Part shown: positions 1-8,359 of the stretch, piece by piece
How positions within the stretch are numbered: the first letter of the stretch is position 1
Layout: each line of letters begins with the position of its first letter
DNA from: a virus
Virus genome (UHGV): UHGV-0076264
Strand: one strand, 5' to 3'
DNA length: 29,064 nucleotides
The notes under the pieces: model-generated
Told to the model about the DNA's origin: nothing
The model's database searches: none
What the model saw: the letters and a program-made list of their open reading frames with translations, nothing else
Program-made: the position numbers and the translations under genes

Positions 1-49
1 GGGGACTGGTACAGACGTGAGTCAGGGCTGCACTTTCAGGGAAACAGCA

Positions 50-868
50 TCAGCGCATGCTCTTCAGCAGCGTTTCTGCCATCACCCACAATGCGCGATT
101 GAGCTTAATGTCCGTGTCGATGCTGTGAATGGCACGGGTGTGGATACGTTTTCCTTTAGCGCTGCGACCGGAAATCCCGCCTTTCAGCATATTTTCCTGG
201 ATGGTCTGATAAGCACTCCACAGGTCCTTACCGTAATCCTCCCGGCGTCGTGGTGTCAGAATGTCAGCGGTGGTGACCGGCTGATGTTTATCACCATAAC
301 GGTAAGTCAGTGCCGCCTGTGCCAGCGCCTGACGTGCCGGTGGCGGCAGAACCAGCGACTGCATGGCATCACGCTTCTCCTCTATCCGGTCAAACACGCC
401 CACCACCTCGTAAGCCCCTTCAATAACTTTCTCCACCACATTTCCCCGGTGCGGAACACGCACTTCCCCCAGAGACTGACCACAGACACACCCGTTCTGG
501 CAGACGAACCTGAAGTAACCCGGCAGCATCTGGTAGCTGGAGGTACCGTCATGGGAGTTGAGCAGAATGATTTCAGGGACATGTTGTCCGTTTATCTCCC
601 CGTCACGGCGCAGACGCAGCATGTGTTTGGTATACCCCCGGCGGCCCGGGTCACGTACGCGGGTCTGGCAGGCGAAGAATGGCTGAAAGCCTTCCCGCTG
701 CAGGCTTTCCAGCACTGTGATGGTGGGGATGTACGAATACCGTTCACTGCGGGAGGTATGCCGGTCTTCCCCAAAAATGCTGGGAACATAGTGCATCAGT
801 TCTTCATGGGTCAGTGGGCGGTCACGGCGTATCTGATTAATCCGTCCGAAGCGACTGGCTAATCGCAT
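50..868 (-). CDS. DUF932-family protein (YfjQ/YafZ-like), 272 aa
   Basis: ORF 50..928 trimmed to the internal ATG at 868, which has AAGGAG 7 nt upstream; N-terminus MRLASRFGRINQIRRDRPLT is typical of DUF932 proteins of E. coli cryptic prophages (recalled family). Confidence 0.75.
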   Translation of the reverse strand: MRLASRFGRINQIRRDRPLTHEELMHYVPSIFGEDRHTSRSERYSYIPTITVLESLQREGFQPFFACQTRVRDPGRRGYTKHMLRLRRDGEINGQHVPEIILLNSHDGTSSYQMLPGYFRFVCQNGCVCGQSLGEVRVPHRGNVVEKVIEGAYEVVGVFDRIEEKRDAMQSLVLPPPARQALAQAALTYRYGDKHQPVTTADILTPRRREDYGKDLWSAYQTIQENMLKGGISGRSAKGKRIHTRAIHSIDTDIKLNRALWVMAETLLKSMR

Positions 869-892
869 AATTAACTCCTTATCTGATAATGA

Positions 893-932
893 AATAAAAG
901 CAAAAAGGCCATGTCCCCGGAGGAACATGGCC
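893..932 (-). terminator. Intrinsic terminator between the 312-aa secreted-protein gene and the DUF932 gene
   Basis: 8-bp stem GGCCATGT/ACATGGCC (907-914 / 925-932) followed on the minus strand by TTTTTGCTTTT. Confidence 0.55.
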
Positions 933-957
933 TGATGGAATATATTATTGCTGATGA

Positions 958-1896
958 TTAATGTTGCTGATTTTTCTCTTTAACTTTTGACCATGAGGGG
1001 CGTCGGTTGCCGGAAAATTCCTTCTGCATTGACCAGTAACCAATCGGGAACTGCTTCACCAGCACCCCGTTGATACCAATATCGACGGACAGATACTGAC
1101 CGTTGTTGATGCTGCCCTTGCGGATGTACGCATCCGCACTGCAGGTGCCGGTATCATACTGCCGCCATGTTGCGGTATCGCGGGCGGCAACATAAAAATC
1201 ACCGAAAGCACAGCCCGTTGCTGACTTACGATTCAGAACGGCAACGTAATACTTAGTGTTGGCTATAATGGCGCAACTGCTGCTCTGACCGCCGCAGACC
1301 TGCCATAACGTTTTGCCGCTGTCACCCTTAAAGGTCCAGATAGTGTCTGCCGGTGCGCCGTCTGTATGTGTTACTGGCAATGCCGGAGCCTGCTGCACTG
1401 GTGTAACGTCGGGTACGTCGCGGCGTAATAGTCGTGCTTCAGCATCCCCGACATCGCCAAACATGTTTTCCTCTCCGCTGTTGTAATAAAAACCGGCAAT
1501 AACATGTTCTGAGGGGATATACAGTATTTTCAGATAATGGTCACCGCAATTACCCCGCTCACAGACAGACCCCAGCAGCCACTTCTCGTCACCAACGATC
1601 ACCGGAATTAATCCACTGTCAGGGCCGTTCATGGAGCCCTGTTTTCCCGTTAACCCGGTGAGTCCTGCTGACTTCAGCGCATCATCAAGGTCTTTCTTGA
1701 ATACCGGGTCAGCATCGTAGATACTGCCCAGAAAGGGGCAGGAACCGTATCCGTTTTCATTATCACCAGCATCAGGATCACAGCGCATTGCATCTGCTGC
1801 CGTTTTTGCGACACCGGCAGCGTAAACTCCGGTGGAAATAAAACAAAGCGAGGATATCAGTATTACCTGTTTTAATTTACGTAATACAAGAAACAT
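958..1896 (-). CDS. Secreted Cys-containing protein of unknown function, 312 aa
   Basis: ORF with N-terminal signal peptide (hydrophobic core ending VYA-AG), GGAG upstream; internal Cys-containing repeat resembling the neighbouring 136-aa protein. Confidence 0.6.
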   Translation of the reverse strand: MFLVLRKLKQVILISSLCFISTGVYAAGVAKTAADAMRCDPDAGDNENGYGSCPFLGSIYDADPVFKKDLDDALKSAGLTGLTGKQGSMNGPDSGLIPVIVGDEKWLLGSVCERGNCGDHYLKILYIPSEHVIAGFYYNSGEENMFGDVGDAEARLLRRDVPDVTPVQQAPALPVTHTDGAPADTIWTFKGDSGKTLWQVCGGQSSSCAIIANTKYYVAVLNRKSATGCAFGDFYVAARDTATWRQYDTGTCSADAYIRKGSINNGQYLSVDIGINGVLVKQFPIGYWSMQKEFSGNRRPSWSKVKEKNQQH

Positions 1897-1961
1897 GATT
1901 ATTTTTACTCCATCCTGTTTATATAAAAGAAACGGGCTCCGTGAAGAGCCCTGTAAAAAAT

Positions 1962-2372
1962 TTAAAAGTCAATGGTATTAAGACCGACATTCTTTTTGAT
2001 GGAGGGATCGTAAATAACAACGGTAAGATGGTCTTTGTCTGAAGAACGGACAAACTTAGCGGTGGCCTCACCACTGCATGTTGCATGACGGTTATAATCC
2101 ATCATTTTACCTTTGCTGGTAGCAAGATTGACAACGATGATATAAGGATCATAACAGGCCGAACCTCCCGGACTGCTCAGCAAGGCATATTTGCCATCAT
2201 CAGAGACACCAATGAGGCTGCATATCCCGTCTTTTACATCCTCACTTCCGCACATCTGCTCACTTCCATCTTTCACATCAATCACAGTACGGGGTAATTT
2301 AACCTCTGTAGCATTAACTGATGCACTCAACAACAAACCTGAAACTATTAATGACAATATAAACGCTTTCAT
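1962..2372 (-). CDS. Secreted small protein of unknown function, 136 aa
   Basis: ORF with signal peptide MKAFILSLIVSGLLLSASVNA; shares a Cys-containing motif with the 312-aa neighbour. Confidence 0.6.
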   Translation of the reverse strand: MKAFILSLIVSGLLLSASVNATEVKLPRTVIDVKDGSEQMCGSEDVKDGICSLIGVSDDGKYALLSSPGGSACYDPYIIVVNLATSKGKMMDYNRHATCSGEATAKFVRSSDKDHLTVVIYDPSIKKNVGLNTIDF

Positions 2373-2462
2373 ATACTCATCCTGTTTATCATTACGGGGG
2401 ATATATTCCTTTTATCTGCTCATGAACCACAAGCAGGGCCTGTTGTCGGCCCTGTGGAATAA

Positions 2463-2687
2463 TTAACGTTCGTCCCGGTCCCGTAAAACCTTTCGCGCCA
2501 GACGTTTTTCCATCTCCGTTACACTGCTGAAAATACCGTTGTCGGTGATAATTCTCTTTAGCTCTTCGCTGCTCCTGGTCTCCAGTCGGTCATGAAGAGT
2601 TTTTACCTCCTGTGCACTGTTGAGGGCGTCTTTTGCAACCTCTTTAAGCAGTTTCCCGGTTACACTCCAGAATCCCATGGGAGCCAC
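2463..2687 (-). CDS. Hypothetical small protein, 74 aa
   Basis: ORF in the same orientation and packed between neighbours; no recognisable motif. Confidence 0.4.
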   Translation of the reverse strand: MAPMGFWSVTGKLLKEVAKDALNSAQEVKTLHDRLETRSSEELKRIITDNGIFSSVTEMEKRLARKVLRDRDER

Positions 2688-2689
2688 CT

Positions 2690-2839
2690 TTACAGATAAC
2701 CGTTATCTTTGCCCCACTCACACCCGCAGTCCCGGCACATCCAGCCATCGGCCCAGGGAATGGTGTCGTGGGAGCCACAGTCCGGGCAGCGTTTGCCGGA
2801 GGTCGGGTTACCGGGTGTGATACGTCTTATTTTCATCAT
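2690..2839 (-). CDS. Small zinc-ribbon protein (CxxC...CxxC), 49 aa
   Basis: Two CxxC pairs (CPDCG, CRDCGC); ORF trimmed to ATG at 2839, which directly follows the stop of the upstream WYL regulator gene (TAA-CATGATG context). Confidence 0.5.
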   Translation of the reverse strand: MMKIRRITPGNPTSGKRCPDCGSHDTIPWADGWMCRDCGCEWGKDNGYL

Positions 2840-2840
2840 G

Positions 2841-3548
2841 TTATCCTTCTGTTGCGGGTTGATGTGGTTCAGGGCATAAGCCGGACAGCACTTCACCTAT
2901 GAACCGGAAATGAGGTAATGCCTGTAAAAATTTCGGGCGAGAAAGGATGTCGCGCACCGTGGCGTCGGGTGTAAAAGTGTCCGGATGAAGCGTGACGCAC
3001 CGGATATCAGTCAGTGGCAGTGCGATGATGCGTGTCTGGTGTGCCCCTGTCAGATACCAGCTACCGGCATGCAGAACCAGGCGGTAGGGTGAGATATCCG
3101 TATGGTTGCATCCGTTGCCGTGCAGAGTCACTTTCCGGTATTCCTGGACAGCATTTACCAGCCGGATAAAGACTCCACTGTCGGTGACGGTCTGTGCAGA
3201 ATCTCCCTGCCAGATAAGGCAGGGAGATTCACCCGGCCCACCCAGAAGTGAACTGACCAGATGTCCGTCAAGTCCCGGAAACAGGGACTCAACGCCCGAC
3301 TGACGGGCAAAGGTTATCACTGCCAGTTCCCGCTGACGGCTGCCGGACAGCAGACGGCACTGGCCCTGTCGATACTCCAGGTCCAGGTACATCAGTCGTT
3401 CACGAAAATCCCGGCGCAGGGTACGAACTGACACGTCAAATTCAGCAGCCAGTTTGCGTATATCCAGCGTTTCGCCTGCCACCAGACGGCTAATAATTAT
3501 CGACAGTCTGACGGCAAGCCGGTCATGGCGATGCTCAGCCTGAGTCAT
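2841..3548 (-). CDS. WYL-domain transcriptional regulator with N-terminal HTH (YfjR-like), 235 aa
   Basis: N-terminal DeoR-like HTH (LDIRKLAAEFDVSVRTLRRDF), C-terminal WYL-like region (GSWYLTG); family recalled from CP4-57 yfjR. Confidence 0.75.
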   Translation of the reverse strand: MTQAEHRHDRLAVRLSIIISRLVAGETLDIRKLAAEFDVSVRTLRRDFRERLMYLDLEYRQGQCRLLSGSRQRELAVITFARQSGVESLFPGLDGHLVSSLLGGPGESPCLIWQGDSAQTVTDSGVFIRLVNAVQEYRKVTLHGNGCNHTDISPYRLVLHAGSWYLTGAHQTRIIALPLTDIRCVTLHPDTFTPDATVRDILSRPKFLQALPHFRFIGEVLSGLCPEPHQPATEG

Positions 3549-3761
3549 AAAACTTCGTTCTCCGGTAAGCTAATTCAATGAAAAGATGAGGGTTATATTA
3601 ACGAGGACGAGAGGCAGGGTATGGACACAGAAAGACGATTTTTAAAAATGCTCAGTTTCAGGAATGACGGGAGCTGCGGGGGATGTTGCTCTTTTTTCTT
3701 CGGGCAAAGGCCTGCAAACGGACAGGATGTGTCCGAACGTCAGCAAAATGCCTTCTCGGTA

Positions 3762-4637
3762 TCAGAAGAAAATCCAGTCCCAGACAGCCCGTGCAACCGA
3801 TACCACAGCATCACGCACGGTCCGAATCACCATTTTCAGCGGGGCGGGCAGGAGCAACGAAGACTCCGCCGTATCGAACACCCGCCCCACCGCTTCGCCA
3901 AAGCCGTCACGGGCCTGCGACCTGACCGGCTCCGTACAGAACCTCCCGTGTAACTGCGTCGCCACCGGACTGGTGGCGCGGTCAGGCAGACAGCGCATTA
4001 TGGTTGACACCATCTCTTCAATGCCCCAGCCGGTCAATGCTGACACCATGCAGACCGGATGACGGGGAGTGAATATCGTGGTAATGGCGGCCTGCTTCGC
4101 CTTCAGGTTAGCCTGCTGCTGTGGCGAGGGGGTGCCGGTACGGATATCCCATTCATGGCAGGGTTCGATTTTGTCGGCCTGATTCAGCACAAACAGCACC
4201 TGCTGCTGGTAAGGCTGCATCACACCGCGCCAGAACTGCTCGTCCACCGACAGCGCCCGGTCATCGGCCTTAATGACCCACAGCACCAGGTCCAGTTCCG
4301 GCAGCATACGCCGGTACAGGGCACGGTATTCATGGTCCCGTTGCCCGTTTTCTCCCACACCCGGTAAATCAACAATCATCAGACTGTGACGCCCGCTGCG
4401 TAGCCGGAAGCGCAGCACTTCACGGGTACAGACGTTCACATCACTGACGGGGGAGACCTCACCCCGGAAGAGTTCGTTACAGAGCGAAGACTTACCGGCA
4501 CCACTTTTGCCCATGATACCAATCACCGGCTCGTAGTGGGTGAGATTCTGAATACGTTCAAGAATAAGCTGGCGAAGCGTATCGGGAAGCGACGCCAGCG
4601 GTTGTTCAAGGGCCTGAAAGCCGTATGGTTTAGTCAT
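3762..4637 (-). CDS. GTPase with P-loop (YfjP/YkfA-like, 50S ribosome-binding GTPase family), 291 aa
   Basis: G1 motif GIMGKSGAGKSS, G3 DLPG, NQADK G4 motif; ATG at 4637. Confidence 0.8.
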   Translation of the reverse strand: MTKPYGFQALEQPLASLPDTLRQLILERIQNLTHYEPVIGIMGKSGAGKSSLCNELFRGEVSPVSDVNVCTREVLRFRLRSGRHSLMIVDLPGVGENGQRDHEYRALYRRMLPELDLVLWVIKADDRALSVDEQFWRGVMQPYQQQVLFVLNQADKIEPCHEWDIRTGTPSPQQQANLKAKQAAITTIFTPRHPVCMVSALTGWGIEEMVSTIMRCLPDRATSPVATQLHGRFCTEPVRSQARDGFGEAVGRVFDTAESSLLLPAPLKMVIRTVRDAVVSVARAVWDWIFF

Positions 4638-4650
4638 AAAGGGATCTCTG

Positions 4651-4695
4651 CATGAAAAAACAAAAATCCCCGCACTCCGGTAAGGGAGGCGGGGG
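4651..4695 (-). terminator. Intrinsic terminator-like hairpin plus U-tract 14 nt upstream of the GTPase start codon (possible leader attenuator or 3-prime end of an unannotated small RNA)
   Basis: Stem CCCCGC/GCGGGG plus CTCC/GGAG with one bulge (4668-4694), followed on the minus strand by ATTTTTGTTTTTT. Confidence 0.5.
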
Positions 4696-5704
4696 ATTCA
4701 CGGAGATAATATCTTTCTAAAATAATTTTTAATGCAATTATCCCCTGGGAGGGGGCTTCGGACCACGCGTGGGGTGTAGGTACCCTGAGAAGTTATCTTA
4801 GTCAAAATCTAACGATCATATCTTGTAATTTAAGTATTTTTTTGTGGATGTGTAACTATTTGTAAGTAAATATCATTTTTAATGAATATCGTTTTTTGTC
4901 ATATGTAAGCAATCCTGATTCCATTTCTAGTGGGGCTGTCTTGGTCTGCGACGTGATGAACAAATGGAACATTGATTAAATCAATGATGAAGGCTATCCG
5001 TGGCGGTGCTTTATCGTACTGAATACTGAAATTTTACAAGAAGTACATTACTTGGCACCGTGGTTTGAAGCAAAAAGGCATTAAGTTTTTGCAGGAACAT
5101 CTCGAAGAGCCAGAACGATTCTGGCTCCCGATAAAGATTTATTTAGCTCAGTCTTATCTGACTGAATAATAACAAACAGCCCCTTATGATGGTACGCCTC
5201 GTCTATTACCTAAAAATTAAAATGCTCATCCGCCGTCAGAGCCTGTTCATCAGCCTAAATCAGTCACAGCACTAGAACGAGGCGGGGAAGTAATTCATGG
5301 TACAGGGCTGCATACTCAACGTCGCGAGCTCTACTTTCCCTCCATGCTAGGTAGATCATCACCGCTTTTTACTTTCCTATTATGCGACCATTGGGGGCGG
5401 TAAAGCAGATTTACGTTCATGTATCAGCACACTCTGACACATGATGCAGTACATTCATTTGGCATTAATATCTTGCCACGCAGATGCTTTTAGTTTTTTA
5501 TTTGCTACATCGAAGATGCTAGCTCTGACGCAGGTACAATTTGTTTGCCAGCGGTAACGGCAGTAAGTCAGCCTCTTTGCTACTGCTTGTACGACAGGCA
5601 GCCAGCGAATAACATATTTATCAATGCGATGCAGCGATTTTAAGCGTATTATTTGCTACGCGTAGTAATCTACTGGATCTATTGGAAAGATATGGAGCCT
5701 GACG

Positions 5705-8356
5705 ATGTCTGTGAGCTGGACTAAAGCTGATTTTTTTAAGTGCGCTTTGCAGGTAAATCCTGCGGGTTACAGTAAGTATCGCGGGAAAGAATCACTTAGC
5801 GAGGATACCTACAATCAGAAGCTGTTGGAGTCCTGCCTCGAAGCTGGTATACAGATTGTCGGTGTTGCGGACCATGGTGCTGTTAATGCTGTAGACAGGA
5901 TTCGTCAGCTCTTTAAGGAACATGGTATTGTCGTTTTTCCTGGATTTGAGATCTGCTCGAGCGAAAAAATTCATTTCGTTTGTTTGTTTGATGAAAACCG
6001 GACAGTACAAGAATTGGAACGCTGCTTGAGCAATCTGGGGTATGAAAATCCCGATGATTGCATTTCCCCTTCAAGGCTCAGCGCCATACAGATTATTGAA
6101 AAAGTAGAATGTTTGGGGGGATTTATTTTCGCTGCACATAGCACGAATGATAATGGCGTGCTGAAATGCCGTATGAATCATATATGGAAAGAACGTGGGT
6201 TGTTGGCGGCGCAGATTCCAGGAACTGTCGATGACTTGAAAGGAGTTGAGGATGATTTTTATCGCAAAGCTATCCTGAACAAACTTCCTGACTATCGTCG
6301 CGAGCGTCCTATTGCCATTATCAACGCGGCAGATGTTGCCCAACCAGAGGAAATTAAAACTCCGGGCGCATCCTGCCTGATAAAAATGACTCGGCCATGC
6401 TTCAGTTCATTTAAACAGGCATTTTTAGATCCAGAGTCACGAGTGCGTCTCAACGCAGATAAGCCACATTGCTATGCTTCGGCAATTGAAAATATTCATT
6501 TTACTGGTGGATATCTGGACGAAACCAATATCACCTTTTCTGACCACCTCAATGCTGTTATAGGTGGGCGTGGGACAGGTAAATCGACTTTGCTGGAGGC
6601 CATTCGCTTTGCTCTGGGTAAACAGCCTTTTGGTGATTCAGCACAAAAGCAACATAGTGCAATTATTAAAACTAACTTAGGGAACGGTACGCTGGTTCAA
6701 CTACAGGTTCGCTCTGCTATGATGCAAGGCCGTACCTTTACCATAAGTCGCAAATTTGGCGGGAAATCCATTGTAACAGACAGTGAAGGGAAAGTTTCAT
6801 CTTATACCCCAGATGATTTACTTCCTAGGTTGGAATTGTATGGGCAGAACGAAATTTATGAAATGACCCGCGATATTCATAGTCGTAATCGTTTGGTTGA
6901 GAGATTCTTGGAAGGAGATCATAGCAAGTACGATGTGATAATCGATAAGGTCTTGTCACGCTTGGAAGAGAGTAGCATTACTATCCTAAATGCTCTTGAG
7001 CAAAAGGCAGAGATAGAACTTGAAGTAGCACGATTGCCGAAACTACTGGAGCAGGCAGAGCAATTTAAACAGCTTGGCCTGGATGAAAAACTCAAAATTG
7101 TTCCTTTACTGGAAAAAGAGAAGCAGCTTAGCTTACGTCATCAGGAAGAATTATCTAGGGTGAAGGATGTTCTTCAGAAACTAAAAGACAGCCTGCCTGA
7201 CCTCGCTTATCTTGGCGATGGCGTGATAAATGTCATGCCTCACCACTCTCTTTTTCTCCAGCAACGTGATGTACTCCAACGAGCACAGGAGCAATTGTCA
7301 ACACTAGTTCAACATATTGATGAGACCCTTCAGCGGTCATTTGCGGAACTTGCTCCTTTACAACTTGAGTTATCAGATCTAATCGGTGCAGAAGAAGCTC
7401 AGCTTGAAAAAGCCTTTAAAGATATTCCAGCCAGCCAGGGAAAAAGTGGGCGACAGATTGGCGCAGAGTATCAAATATTGTTACGTCAAATTGCTTCTAT
7501 TCGCCCTAAAGCAACGGAGCTGGAGAACTGGCAAAAGCAACTTGATGAGCTGTACCAGCAGCGTAAAAGACACCTTCTGGAACTTATTCAGGCTCGTTCT
7601 CAACGTTCTGCTGCATTGGCAAAATCCGTCAAGCGCTTAAATAGAAGACTGGATGAAAAAGTGCGACTCAATTTGCAGCCAGAAGGTAACCGTCAACCCC
7701 TGTTGCATTTTCTGGAGCAATGTAATCTGGAAGGGGTAGGCTCACGACGCCTCGCTTGGGTATTGGAGCATGATTTTTCACCGGAAAATCTGGTTGAGAG
7801 TATCCGCCTTGGTGAACAAGCATTACATAATGCCGGGTGGGGAATTACACCAACAGTCATCCAGGCATTATTGCGGTTGAGCGAAAAGCAGCTTCTAGAA
7901 CTGGAAGCATTATCATTACCGGATACGATGCAAATTGAGCTGAATGTCATGCATGACGGTGGTGGCGTACTTTGGCGCCCTATCGATGAGCTATCGACTG
8001 GGCAGCAGTGTACTGCTGTACTGCATTTATTGTTGTTAGATAATAAGGACCCACTGATCCTCGATCAACCTGAGGATAACCTTGATAATGCATTTATTGC
8101 AGAGCGTATAGTGACGGAACTGCGTAGGGCGAAGCTGTCCCGGCAGTTTTTATTTGCCACACATAACGCTAACATACCAGTTTTCGGTGATGCTGAATGG
8201 ATTGGTGTGTTGAGTGTGGAAGAGGGGAAAGGGCGTATCCTTCCTGAACAGCAAGGGGCGATTGATCTACCTGAAATCCAGTGTCTGGCGGCGAATATCC
8301 TCGAAGGTGGTCAAAGTGCCTTTAATCAGCGCCGGGAAAAATATGGATTCAAATAA
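5705..8356 (+). CDS. PHP-like phosphoesterase domain fused to Rad50/SbcC-like ABC ATPase with coiled-coil insert, 883 aa; candidate single-protein anti-phage nuclease (Ppl-like)
   Basis: N-terminal PHP-like motifs (VGVADHG, FPGFE, FAAHS); Walker A GGRGTGKST; long heptad-rich middle; ABC signature LSTGQQ; Walker B LILDQPEDNLD; H-loop FATHNAN; GGAG-like RBS before ATG 5705. Confidence 0.85.
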   Translation: MSVSWTKADFFKCALQVNPAGYSKYRGKESLSEDTYNQKLLESCLEAGIQIVGVADHGAVNAVDRIRQLFKEHGIVVFPGFEICSSEKIHFVCLFDENRTVQELERCLSNLGYENPDDCISPSRLSAIQIIEKVECLGGFIFAAHSTNDNGVLKCRMNHIWKERGLLAAQIPGTVDDLKGVEDDFYRKAILNKLPDYRRERPIAIINAADVAQPEEIKTPGASCLIKMTRPCFSSFKQAFLDPESRVRLNADKPHCYASAIENIHFTGGYLDETNITFSDHLNAVIGGRGTGKSTLLEAIRFALGKQPFGDSAQKQHSAIIKTNLGNGTLVQLQVRSAMMQGRTFTISRKFGGKSIVTDSEGKVSSYTPDDLLPRLELYGQNEIYEMTRDIHSRNRLVERFLEGDHSKYDVIIDKVLSRLEESSITILNALEQKAEIELEVARLPKLLEQAEQFKQLGLDEKLKIVPLLEKEKQLSLRHQEELSRVKDVLQKLKDSLPDLAYLGDGVINVMPHHSLFLQQRDVLQRAQEQLSTLVQHIDETLQRSFAELAPLQLELSDLIGAEEAQLEKAFKDIPASQGKSGRQIGAEYQILLRQIASIRPKATELENWQKQLDELYQQRKRHLLELIQARSQRSAALAKSVKRLNRRLDEKVRLNLQPEGNRQPLLHFLEQCNLEGVGSRRLAWVLEHDFSPENLVESIRLGEQALHNAGWGITPTVIQALLRLSEKQLLELEALSLPDTMQIELNVMHDGGGVLWRPIDELSTGQQCTAVLHLLLLDNKDPLILDQPEDNLDNAFIAERIVTELRRAKLSRQFLFATHNANIPVFGDAEWIGVLSVEEGKGRILPEQQGAIDLPEIQCLAANILEGGQSAFNQRREKYGFK

Positions 8357-8359
8357 CAA

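Noticed and set aside
17-862. 281-aa plus-strand ORF
   Set aside because: Lies entirely antisense to the DUF932 gene, which has a strong RBS and a recognisable family N-terminus; treated as a shadow ORF in a GC-rich region
3621-4367. Several plus-strand ORFs of 80-132 aa
   Set aside because: All are antisense to the well-supported GTPase gene; Arg/Pro/Gly-rich composition typical of out-of-frame GC-rich reading
4651-4719. Possible 22-aa plus-strand peptide (MKKQKSPHSGKGGGGFTEIISF) overlapping the terminator hairpin
   Set aside because: No RBS, low-complexity composition, and its sequence is fully explained by the hairpin and U-tract on the opposite strand
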